From Octopus bimaculoides (lineage: Eukaryota): DNA of 64,000 nt. The notes below the pieces were generated by a model. It ran no database searches. It had not been told where the DNA came from and saw nothing but the letters and a program-made list of their open reading frames with translations. A program made the position numbers and the translations under genes. Location of the stretch: NCBI RefSeq assembly GCF_001194135.2, contig NC_068984.1, forward strand, positions 77,243,174 through 77,307,173. The letters run 5' to 3'. Within the stretch, counting starts at the first letter, position 1, and each line of letters starts with the position of its first letter. Shown here piece by piece: positions 39,662 to 52,923 of this stretch.

Positions 39662-40221
39662 CTAACTCTAATTGGCAGTGCTAAACTTCTACACATTCTG
39701 CCCCTTGAACTCTGGCTAAAGGTTACGTCAAGATTACATAGCAACATACTCCACGTGAAATACATAGCGACATACGCATTTCAAATTCAATATATCAGTT
39801 CTTCCGTAAATCGAAGAGCTATAATATTATTCAAGTAGACGGAATATTAACATTTACTTTTCTCATGTATTCTGTAAGTGGATATTTATTTATAGCAATT
39901 TAAATAGAAGAAACGAATTCAAAATGAATTTCGGGTACATAAAAGATAATCAATTTAGCTGTAAATATTATATTTGGTATTCCTCTAAACATACGGAAAT
40001 CAGAATGTAATTATGACAGAAATATTAAAAGGAAGACGAGTGACAAAGCCTTGATTGGTTTCATATTTCATTATTTTGAATCTGTTGCTCTTTCAGGACC
40101 ATCTTGATCGTGTCAATTCCATAACAACATTTGGTTATGGTGCTTCACTTGTATCTCTGAGTGCGGCCATCATAATAATGATTTCCTGTAGGTGAGTATA
40201 CATTTCTTTTGTATGTGCAAG

Positions 40222-40270
<49 letters not shown>

Positions 40271-43200
40271 ATTATTATTATTATTATTGAAAATAAATTT
40301 CAGGGTAGCAAATAAATTTTAGAAATTTTTTGCTACCAGTGGTCTAGCGAGAAGAAAAAAACTAGTCAATAGGCTATTATTCATATAAATACAGTGTACA
40401 TTTAAAGACGCACTGGAAGTACAGCAGTTTGGCGTTCCTTTTATCCTTTCGTTCCAGGTGGGGCTACGGGTTCTTAGACTCCTGGAACTCAACTTGGGCT
40501 ACTTTTGCGTCACCCACAGCCGTTGCAGACTCCTCAACACGCCCTTCATCCTCAGGTCAAACAAAAACGTCTTCACCTTCCATAACGATAAGCGATAACT
40601 TGATAAGTCGATAACGCACACTGCTGTCACTGACACTGTAAGACTGTAATATGACAAAATCGTACGTGAGCACAACTCAAAACTTCAGAATTACACAATG
40701 CTGCCCAGTTAGCTGCTGCTGCGTCGACCAATAATGCTTGTCACGTGTACACGTAGTCAGACAATAGCGTGACTGACGGACTCTTCCAGACACACCCACA
40801 ATAGACAGGAACAAACACGTATGAATTTTGTTCGCGGACTTAAAGATAACGGAGCTAAATGTAGCGGAAGCTAATTGGTCCGGAAACGGTTTCCGAAGTT
40901 AGCTAAACAAAAAGTCCGTAAACGGTTTCCGAAATTAGCTAAGCAAAGAGTTAGCTTCGCTAATTAGCTCTTAGCGGATTAGCAACACTATGCCCGCCAC
41001 GGTATATATATATAACAAAAGAGAAAATGGAATTCGCGAGATTGCTTGATAATCACAAAGATCATTTCCACACATCTTGCGTTCGTCCCGCACGGTTAAG
41101 ATTCTGAACGACTGGTTATTGTGCATTATTTGGTGTAGATGTGTCTCGTCAGGCGACTTTTGAAAAGGTACTTTCCTCATTAAACTCGGTTTCACTTAGT
41201 TCGTTTATAATGCATTTCGTTATTTGTCTGTAGCTGGTTGTGTACTGGGACATAGTACTTTGGTGTGTGTTATATTCTATGAGTATATCTATGTCTTTTA
41301 ATTTTACTGTTCTTTCCTATTTTTGCTTTCCCTTATAATGAAAGACGGCGAGCTAGCAGAATCGTTAACACGCTGGACGATATGCTTATAAGTATTTTGC
41401 CCGTCACTGCGCTCTGAATTCAAATTCCGCCGAAGTCGACTTAACCTTTCATCCTTTCGGGGTCGATAAAATAAGTACCAGTTGAACACTGGAGTCAATG
41501 TAATCGAACCATCCCCTTCCCCAAAATTACATCGCTTGTGGCAAAATTTGAAACCATTATTCTATGTTACTTTTATTTGTAATTAATTATTTCATTTCAC
41601 TTTTATTTGTTATTTCGTTTATTTGTCCTTTCTTCCCTTGCCTAAATAGCATGTTGATAATTAATCAGCCACCACGTCTCTTTATCTAAAAATGGCGCCA
41701 CTCCCCCTACAAAAAAAATAACCTTTTAACCTTCCATAACTGGGAGGTGCATATTTAAAATTTTTCTTTTCTTCCACTTAGTTCATCCTCTAAAGATGTT
41801 GACCTAAACACTGAATTTAACTCTTTTAATTCACATGAAAAACACAGGTTTTTTTTTACACAGTTTAATTGATATGCTTATCAAGAAAAGAAAAGAACAT
41901 CTGAAAAGCCTTCAGTGAACCACCTCAGCCTATTTGTGTTACTATATATATATATATATANNNNNNNNNNNNNNNNNNNNNNNNNNNNNNNNNNNNNNNN
42001 NNNNNNNNNNNNNNNNNNNNNNNNNNNNNNNNNNNNNNNNNNNNNNNNNNNNNNNNNNNNNNNNNNNNNNNNNNNNNNNNNNNNNNNNNNNNNNNNNNNN
42101 NNNNNNNNNNNNNNNNNNNNNNNNNNNNNNNNNNNNNNNNNNNNNNNNNNNNNNNNNNNNNNNNNNNNNNNNNNNNNNNNNNNNNNNNNNNNNNNNNNNN
42201 NNNNNNNNNNNNNNNNNNNNNNNNNNNNNNNNNNNNNNNNNNNNNNNNNNNNNNNNNNNNNNNNNNNNNNNNNNNNNNNNNNNNNNNNNNNNNNNNNNNN
42301 NNNNNNNNNNNNNNNNNNNNNNNNNNNNNNNNNNNNNNNNNNNNNNNNNNNNNNNNNNNNNNNNNNNNNNNNNNNNNNNNNNNNNNNNNNNNNNNNNNNN
42401 NNNNNNNNNNNNNNNNNNNNNNNNNNNNNNNNNNNNNNNNNNNNNNNNNNNNNNNNNNNNNNNNNNNNNNNNNNNNNNNNNNNNNNNNNNNNNNNNNNNN
42501 NNNNNNNNNNNNNNNNNNNNNNNNNNNNNNNNNNNNNNNNNNNNNNNNNNNNNNNNNNNNNNNNNNNNNNNNNNNNNNNNNNNNNNNNNNNNNNNNNNNN
42601 NNNNNNNNNNNNNNNNNNNNNNNNNNNNNNNNNNNNNNNNNNNNNNNNNNNNNNNNNGGGGTGGGTGGTGGGTGTAAGGAATTGGATGGGGTGGAGTGGG
42701 AAGGTAGAGTAGGAGTGTGTTGGGGTAGGGTGGGATGAGCTTATGAGGGAGGTTGACGATGAAGGGGGAAGGGAAGGTGGATGTAAGAGAGGGGGAGGGG
42801 GGTATGGGAGTTGGGAGAAAGAGAGGGAGAAAGAAGAGAGTGAGAGTGAGAGAGAGGGAAAGAGAGAAGAGAGAGAGAGAGTAAGACAGAAGAGAGTGAG
42901 AGAGAGTAAGAGAGTAAGGGTGAGAGAGTAAGAGAGTAAGAGTGAGAGAGGGGAGAGTAAGAGAGAAGAGAGTGAGAGAGAGTAAGAGAGTGGAGAGAAA
43001 GAGTAGGGGTGAAGGGAAGTGGGAGTGAAGATAAGTAGGAATGAAGAGAAGTAGGAAGAGAAGTAGGAGTGAAGAGAAGTAGGAATGAAGAGAAGTAGGA
43101 ATGAAGAGAGGTAGGAGTGAAGAGAAGTAGGAGTGAAGAGAGGTGAAGAGACGTACGGAGAAGTAGGAGTCGGAGCAGGAGGGGGGAGGAGAGGGGGANN

Positions 43201-43742
43201 NNNNNNNNNNNNNNNNNNNNNNNNNNNNNNNNNNNNNNNNNNNNNNNNNNNNNNNNNNNNNNNNNNNNNNNNNNNNNNNNNNNNNNNNNNNNNNNNNNNN
43301 NNNNNNNNNNNNNNNNNNNNNNNNNNNNNNNNNNNNNNNNNNNNNNNNNNNNNNNNNNNNNNNATGGGTGGTAGGAGGGAGGGTGGGGGAGAGAGGCAGG
43401 GGAGGGGGTTAGATGAAGAGGGGAGGGGAGTTGAGCCCATGTGGCACAAAGGAGCGAAGAGAGAAGATTAATCCCTGTTCACGGCGCAAACGGGAGTCCG
43501 GATGGCCCCTGTGCATGGACAATCAAAACACGGACAGGTGTTATATATATATATACTGTTGTGTCTGGGGAGAGACACAACAGAATATGCTTCAACACAC
43601 GAAATCACATAAAAAATCTTGCAAACCAAATCCAAAAACGAAATATATATATATACATGGGATAAAGAACAGAAAGTAGATTAAACAACATTGAACTTTG
43701 TATAGCATACTACAAGTTTTTTTTTACTTAGATTTTATCCAA

Positions 43743-43784
<42 letters not shown>

Positions 43785-45871
43785 CAACATAATATAATCA
43801 TATGGACGGCAATATATAATGTAAAGTCAGAAACAGAAACATCAAAGTACGATGAGACGTTATTAGATTATCCTTTGAAAGGAGTGTGGAAAGTGTTGAC
43901 TGCCAGGACATTCCTGGGCTGTGCGCAGATTTCATATTCTCCCGAGGTCAACTTTGCTTTCCATCCTTCCGCAATCGATACCAGCTCAATTCTGCTGCAT
44001 CATTCTCTACCATCTCTTATTGTATCATTGATTTCCTAGAATCATGAAGAGGTACCCAAGAGCGTGCTGGTGTCAACATGCGATTGTATGTTTACCTAAA
44101 ACCTTTACCGAAAGCATGTTACAAATTGATTCAAAGTCTTCCTTTTCAAACCTGATTTATGTATTCTCTTCCATTATAACTTTACTATCAGACCTCATAT
44201 CAGGTACACAGTCCACTACTTATAAAAAGCATCATACTCGATCTAACTACCCTAGCTTGTCTAGTTAAGCACACTACTCGCTTTAAACTATTATATTATA
44301 CAATCTGTCACATTTTAATCTTTATTGATTCCCTTTTATGTAGCCATCCATTTCTCACTTGTTTTCTGTTATCCATTCACTCTCCACTTTCTCACTACAA
44401 AGTTGCTTTTATCTTTTCATTTTTACTATCAACATATTTTTGAACAACCTTTTAGGCATTATCATTATCATGGGAACTTTACCTGTATCTGTTATCTTCA
44501 CCTTATCGCTTTTTGTATTTCAATCTTTCTATTGTATTTACTAAGTCTGCCACTTTAATTCTTTTTAATTTTATAGTTATTACCATCATAACAGTTACCA
44601 TTTTCATTTATAATTCTCGATTTTGTGATTTCTATCATATCTATCATGATAATTATTAGCTTTATTATTAATTTAACTCTATTAACTTAGGTAGTCAGAC
44701 ACTGTGATTTCTTTCAGGTGTGGTAGTTACAAGTTAACAGCAGACGACACGTTCCAATCCATCAGATGATATAAAGACTTTTATGGTTCTCTCTTTTACA
44801 TACATGCATACACACACACACATACACACACACGCACGCACGCACACACACACACACACGCACACACACACACACACTCACACTCACACACACATATTGT
44901 ATATAAAATTGAATAGAGCTTTGAAAGCCATAAAATGTAATTTCGTTTTGTTTATATCTTATTAATGGTAGATTTATGATAAAGGATAGATGGCAAAAAC
45001 GACTTTTTGTCATGTATTATCAACTTTTTAATCATCGATATTGCATGATTTTATTATATATATTTTTAAGATTGCTTAGCTACATCCACGTATTCTTTAT
45101 CGAACACTCACCCATTTCGGTTTATTGCTCCATCGTCTTAATGTAACTTAAATTATCATCCCCCCATGCTTTTGAATATGCATCTTTGTATCAGTCATAT
45201 AATGGCGTTAGATATGCTTTGAGCCTCCCTGAATAAAGGGATGTAACTCTATAGATGATCGTGTTCGACTGCATGTGTACATATCAAAGTATGCTTTATA
45301 TATGTACATATACACAGAACAGAGTGAAGCATGAATATGATGAACATCAATACACGGTTTTATAATTTTTTAAATGTATATTTTTCAAATAGTTTTCTTT
45401 ATTATATTTATTATAAATTTCTATTATTTTCACACATTGTCAATGTATATATTTTTCATCAGATAAAGAAGGACTTTGCTTCCTTTTTTCCTGCTGAATG
45501 TTCTTACGCATTTTCACAACAAAGTAAAAAGGTATTTAGCACCCAAATGTTCATATACGCAATGCAATAATATGATAGCCCGTCTAGCAAGCGTTCATAC
45601 ATGACCGAGAAATACATTCAGGCATCATCGCATTTTTTATCTTTATATGGAACAAATCATATAGTGATTATACTTGTTCCAATATACATTCTCGAATGAA
45701 GATCGGGAATGTGAAACTGAGAGTCATGTTTTGTGAAGTTTCCAGTTTCTATACAGAATTAAACCCCACATTACATTCTGAGTGCCCTACTTTTATTCAC
45801 ACGAGACAGATTATCACGAAATAAAAAGAAACATAAATATATACACATGCACACAGACACACACACATACC

Positions 45872-45930
<59 letters not shown>

Positions 45931-46676
45931 GAATCGACAGATAGATTTAATAGAACAAGCAGAAGACATGAATTCAATACATGCGTATATAATCTGTTTT
46001 CTATTATCGTAATTGACATTTAAGGCGGTGTGCTGGCAGAATAGTACGCCGGGAAAAATGTTTTGCGGCATTTCGCCCATATTTACATTCTGAGTTCAGA
46101 TTTAGCTGGAGCCAACTTTGCCTTTCATCCTTATGATGTCAATAAAATAAGTATCAGTTGAACACTGAGTGGATATTTACATATATATATATATATATAN
46201 NNNNNNNNNNNNNNNNNNNNNNNNNNNNNNNNNNNNNNNNNNNNNNNNNNNNNNNNNNNNNNNNNNNNNNNNNNNNNNNNNNNNNNNNNNNNNNNNNNNN
46301 NNNNNNNNNNNNNNNNNNNNNNNNNNNNNNNNNNNNNNNTATATAGTGAAATCTTTAGGTTATACATCCTGTGATCTCTTCAGCGGCTCTCCATCCCATG
46401 TGTCTCCTCCTGTTCTGTTTAATCCATTCTCTAAACAGAACAGGAGGAGACACGTGAGATAGAGAGTCGTTGAAGAGGTCACAGGATGTGTGGCAAAAGA
46501 TTTCGGACAAAGGACACTTAAATTAGCATAACAATAAAGCGGAAGTGAAAAACAAGTACATGATGCGTGTGGCTGATTGGCAAAAACAACATGGCCGTCC
46601 CAAAATGTAACAATACATAAATCTGTGCACGCACGTGTATATGTGTGTTGTGTGTGCGTGTGTGTGTGTGTGTGTG

Positions 46677-46727
<51 letters not shown>

Positions 46728-47098
46728 TACATAAGCACACACGCGTATACATGTATGTATGTATGTATGTATGTATGTATGTATGCATGTATATAAAGGA
46801 AAATTAAGTGACGCATTTTCTTTTAAAAAGTTTATTGGAAATTCATTCTTTGTGTTTACTTACTCCATACAGAGATTGGTCATATCCTCAAGTAAATTCC
46901 ATAAAGTCATATAAGTTGTAAAGTACTCTCGGAGTATAAATGCTTCACTTATATGAATTGAGTTATGTATCGCATGGTCCACACATGTCGAGAGCAAAGC
47001 ATAGGGAGATACAGGGTGGGAGAGAGAGAGAGAGAGAGATTGATTTGTAAACAGAGAGACATAGATAGATTGATAAATAGAGAGGTTGGTATATAAAC

Positions 47099-47154
<56 letters not shown>

Positions 47155-49805
47155 GCCCACATGCATAATAAATTGGTTGATGTGTCTAACAAATGATTAC
47201 TCATACGTAGTATGAGATCATGTGTAAAACTCGATTTTTCTTTACCTCTAGATCTGGCTTTAACGAGATCTGCGTTCACATATTGCATCTTGGCTAGTTT
47301 GTCCTTCCCTGATTAAAGGAGATAGGAAATAAAAAAAAAATATAATAATAATTAAGATAATTTGAATTAACATGAAAGTATATTATAAAACTAAATCTTT
47401 GTTAGAAAATGTTAAATTTCTTAAGTAATTAATAAAAATTTCTTTTAAAGATACATTAGAAACGAAAACAAATCGGAAAATCTCCGATCAAGACCAGGTC
47501 GTTGTGGTTATCATAACAGCGCATCATATTGGGCACTATGATGTAGATACCGGTAAATCGTTTCTGTCAACTTGTAGGAGGACGTAATCTGTTTCATTCA
47601 TGCAAGCACCACTTATTGTATCACGGATTATATCTCTGTTAAATGTCTGAAAATGCTATAGAAATTGCTCTCTTTCCAGCCTGCAAATGGAATTCTTCAC
47701 AACTTGCTGGAGAACTCTACTTACCAGTCAACGAGTCATTTAGAAGATATATAGTCAGGCTATGATTCATACAATTTTGTTACAAAATAATTAACTTTAG
47801 TCGTGTTAAAGGGAGACTAGCTTCGGGGTCACTCGACTCGCAATAAGTAACAGTTAAATGTTCTTTAAATCATACTCAAAAAAGAAACGAGACATTTATT
47901 TTGTATGTAAGTAAAGTAAGTACCCTGGACATTACGGTCTCAAGTCATAGGACTCACAGGGTAACTTACCCTTTTTCCATAGGTATAAATGACCAGGATT
48001 ATAACATACCCCACTGAACGGGACACCAGTCCATCTCAGCGTTTTTCATTTACAGCTGAGTAGACTAGAACAACATAAGATAAAGTTGTTTATTCAAGAA
48101 CACAATACGCTAACCATTCAAGGAATCGAAACCACGATCTCGTATGCAGCACCTTCACCATTAGGCCACGCATCTTCATAGTTCAATATGTTCTACCTAT
48201 GCAAAAAATAATAATAATAAAACGATAATGTTTAGAGACTAAATGCAAGTTGAGCCAGAAAGGCGGTGAGCTGGCAGAATCGTTAGCACGCCGGGCGAAA
48301 TACTTAGCGGTTTTTTGTCTGACGTTAAGTTCTGAATTCAAATTTCGCTAAGGTCAGCTTTGCCTTTCATCCTTTCGTAAGTACTAATTACGCACTGGGA
48401 TCGATGTAATCGACCTAAACACTTTGTTTCTCTTTGTTTGTCCCCTCTATGTTTAGCACACTGTGGACAATAAATAAATAAATAAATAGGTGTTACCCTA
48501 GTTATATACCGTAGGTTTCTAGACCATCTCTGTCCTTCGGCTACGATAGTAAGTACATGGAAGTTTGAGTATGCGTCTGAGCTGTGACACTTTAATCCTT
48601 GATATATATTCCGTTAGCTTGCATAGAGTTGAAATGAATGGAAAAAGATTACAAAAACATGCAGTCGCCCAATTAATTAGATTTCATTGGGATTCACTTT
48701 CGGTGTTGAGTCAAATGTTTTGAAACGCAAAAGTTAATATTTTTTCTTTTAGTTTTCATTCCTATTGTTTATGCTGATATTTGTTTTCAAACGAACTGAC
48801 AGATTACGTGACTGGCAAAGAAACCACATTTAGTTATCCAAACCAGAACCAACAAATCATAGATATTCGATACTATTCTATTATCGACCGCTAATATATT
48901 ATGTACTAATGAATTAATAAACTGTTACACTCGTGAGACGTGTGTAATACTTGATTAAAGAGTTTTGGAATAGTTATCACTATCTCTTAGAGGAAGGTAC
49001 CAATATATAATTTATCGAAGGCGGAAAGCTGTCAGAATCGTTAATACGCCGGTCAAAATGCTTAGCGGCATTTCGTCCGTCGTCACGTTCTGAGTTCAAA
49101 TTCCGCTACAGTTGACTTTATCCTTTCGGGCACGTGGTAAAATAAATGCCAGTTGAACAATGGGATCGATTTAATCGACTTATCCCTTTCCCCAAACCTG
49201 CTGGCATTGGGCCAACATTTGAAGCCCATATATACTTTATTGGAAAAGAGCACGGGATTAGAAAGCAAAAATGTTCAAAATTAAAGGTTTTGGTCAAAAA
49301 TTCTTTCACAGAAGGAAACAACCACCCAGTTCTTTGTCTTACCTCGAGGTGGATATATCTCTTCCGAAAGACCGTCGATCGATTGTAACAATCATCTCAC
49401 GAGTGTCATAGTTATTTTACTAATCATTTTAGGAAACAAAAAAAAAATGTTTGTTTCTGCCCCTGAATGTTTTGTTCGTTTTTCCCTTCTTTTATTCTTT
49501 TTTTGCTAATTCATAATAAATTTATGAAACATTGTCTATTTGAGATATAATATATATTTACCTTTGTACGTTTTCTTTTTTTTTTTCCTGCTAGGCGGTT
49601 CCATTACAAAAGCAATATTCTACACATCAACCTCTTCTTGGCATTTTGTTTTCGCTCCATTTTCGCCTTGATGCGTATCTACTTATTCACTTACGGATAT
49701 GCCATGTCAATTGATATGGAAGAGAAGGGCGGTTTGTTAATCTTCAAACCGGGATCGGTAAGTCAGATAAAACACACAAAATCACACCTACACAAGCACG
49801 TACGA

Positions 49806-49839
<34 letters not shown>

Positions 49840-50056
49840 ACACACACTCACACTCATACACACATTCACATACACACGCACATAACAAACCTAGCCCTCT
49901 TTTGTTTGAATTATAATGTCCAATATCACTTAGCGTAGAAAATGTTAACAGCTACTTCATTCATAATATATGTAACCGAAAGTTATGACGAAAATAGAGG
50001 ATGGCTTTTATGCAGCAGCAGGAGAACAGTCACTGATATTAAACGTACCTACGTGT

Positions 50057-50090
<34 letters not shown>

Positions 50091-52868
50091 TCGTGTGCGT
50101 GCGTGTGCGTGCGCGTGTGTTTGTGTGCGTGCGCGTGCGTGTGTATGTATTGCATTCAGATTGCACTACGGGATAGTCTTTCCACATGCTTCAAGATCTT
50201 CCGATAATATACGTGAGTGTACGCATGGACACACACACACACACACGTATAAACACACACAAACATGTACAGACACACACACACACATATATATTACATC
50301 ACAGATGCAGATTTGTTGATTTGTGTAAGAAATACGTCATAAAATAACGTCGTAGTTCTATCAATGACGATATTACAAGATGATAAATCATGAAAGAGGA
50401 AAGGAAAGACGTATGTTTTTTGTATTTAAAACAAATACAAAACTATATTTGTCTTCCATAATATACCGCTTCAAATTATTACAAAGTTCACTGTACGCTG
50501 GATGTTTTTCAGACGGTTGTAATGCTTCTAATTAACGATAGAAAATGTCGCCAACATCATGTCATAAACCAGGCTTCGTGTATTTTTTACTTACATAATT
50601 TAGTTAGAGTAAGAAAGAGGAGACGAAGACCATGACCTTTGTAGACTCACTAGCTTTGGTGAAAACGATGCAGTCGATATCTAAGAATTCAATATTTCAA
50701 TGCATGAAGGTATGTAAGGTATGTCTTCTAAAATAAACGTACAATTTTAGCCTCAGTGCCATACAATCTCTCTAGGGCCAAAAAATGGAATCGATCTGAC
50801 AATTTTTAATCTTGTTAGATATTCGTTCTTGAAGGAGAGATTCGTTCTTCTGCGGAGAGATTCGTTCTTCTGCGGAGAGATTCGTTCTTCTGCGGAGAGA
50901 TTCGTTCTTCTGCGGAGAGATTGGCCTATCCATAGAAAGGTTAGCAGTTTGTTGTTATTTACAGTATAAAGACTAGATGAGCGCCCAAGCGTTCTCTTAC
51001 ATTGCCTGCTAACAGTATATGCATACAACGTAGATTAAGTAGTTCATTCACAGACCACTACACAGTGTTTTTACAAAACATATTTTAAAGTACAGGATTA
51101 TACCCATTTAAAATAAAAAGGCAATTTTAAACTACGCTGTGAGAAATAAAGAACGTGGTTATACCACTGATTTTATTTTCTGTGGACAGAAGAATGTGAA
51201 ATTAACCTGAGTAGTTTTTATTTTTTTAGACACTTATAAGCAAACTCATTAATTTTACAATAACGCTGGTGTATGTGTGTGCCTCGAATGCCTATCAGAA
51301 TTTTGTGATTTTCATTTGAGTCATAATTTAGTGATTGGAGGAAGAGAAAGAGTAGTGTCCATAACCAAACTTGGCACTCCTGAAAGATTAATGCGACTGG
51401 TGGAGAATACCTAGCCTGAATATCAATAAACAATGTTTTCAGCAAAATGAAAGTATCTTATTGCTTGCTTCTGAGTCATAATGAATGAGAGCAAGCATCA
51501 TCAGAAAGCTCCAAATATTCATAATCTTCTAAATATTAGATATCCTGAAATTGTGAGCAACAAATACGTCTGGGACAAAGTGAAACACATTAGAAAATAA
51601 CACGTTGCAAGTGAAAATAGATAGGTCTCTCGAGAGAAATACTTTGCAAGGCAAACGTTAGATTGTAAACCAGAAAAGGGAAGGAACATACAACGTCTGG
51701 GATCACCAGGTTGAGATTCGCAATAGAAGAAATAAAGATAAAAGAAATGATAAAGAAAAACCTGAAAAGAAAAAAATACAGTTTAGATTGCATTGGAAGA
51801 CTGCAGTGGAGAGCATACATTGCACCAGAAATTCAAATTGCGCCTGAACACGCGGGTGAATGTCTCCAGCGAAATAAACGAAAGATATTTCGTGAAGAAT
51901 AACCCGGAGGGTCTAGTGTGAAAATTTGAAAACCGTTACACTTCTCTAATGGGGTCAAAAGAGCTATGATACCTGTTGCTTGTTACTTCGCCCTAGGTCT
52001 GTTGTGACAAAGTATACGTACGATTAAAGGCTTGATCATACGTCCACTAGAACATGACCTCCCGTTTTTCTCGGATATTGTGCAGTTAAAACTACATTAT
52101 CGAATGTCTTCTTCTTTTAAGAAAATAGCTTACAGTTTGAGGCATATTTAGCTGCTAATCTAGCTGGTCAAGTAAATGATGTTTGACAAAATACTATAAC
52201 CTTGACACTAGATACATAAGGAGCTATCACCGAACACTGTCTCTGTGAAGCTGAAAATGAAAAGTATTTGCGGATATCAATTCCGCATTTAGTTGAAAGC
52301 AATGTACAAGATACAAGATATTCATTTTATTATTTTTTTTTAAATGTTAAGTTTTTAAAGTTGAAAGAGACTTTTGCGTCACTCTATACAGGATAAAGTA
52401 ATGTCATTTAAGAGAGATTTCGCTATAACTTCTAGCATGTCGTGGGACCATCAAGAAGGTCTAACCCATGTTTCGGTAAAATGATAGAAATGGTGTCGAG
52501 CTTCATTTGTTCCGAGATCAAAATCAGCTTACAGCAACTTTGTTTTCTTCATTCTAGGAAAAATGAAATTATTTCATAATTCTTTGGACTGTATTCATCG
52601 CAAAAGAACATCAACAGTAAATACACACTACAAAAGAATCATACGTCATAGGATTAATTACGTATGATTCTTATGATGTATGATTCTTTTCTCATAAAAC
52701 ACATTTATTATTCTCAATCAAAAGTGTACAAATTAATGGATCGTAGCTACTCATTAACTTACAATCAACCTTTTTTTATCTCTATCTTTCTCTCTATGTC
52801 TTTCTCTCTATGTCTTTCTCTCTATGTCTCTCTCTCTCTTCTATATATATATCTCTCTCTCTTCTATA

Positions 52869-52923
<55 letters not shown>

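Noticed and set aside
40429-40614. Plus-strand 61-aa ORF just after exon C
   Set aside because: It is the antisense shadow of the hAT transposase fragment and has no splice-compatible role
47680-47755. Good acceptor (ctctttccAG) in intron C-D suggesting an alternative exon
   Set aside because: The phase-2 frame hits a stop, no convincing donor follows, and the peptide has no receptor similarity
50834-50922. Regular 20-bp repeats as a possible CRISPR array
   Set aside because: Head-to-tail units without spacers, eukaryotic context and no cas genes
50973-50996. CTAG next to an imperfect GC hairpin, like a minus-strand Helitron 3-prime end
   Set aside because: The hairpin is weak and no further Helitron features or second copy are visible
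51560-51760. Weak resemblance to an RTE C-terminus ([13 protein letters not shown])
   Set aside because: Too degenerate, with many stops, to call without a search
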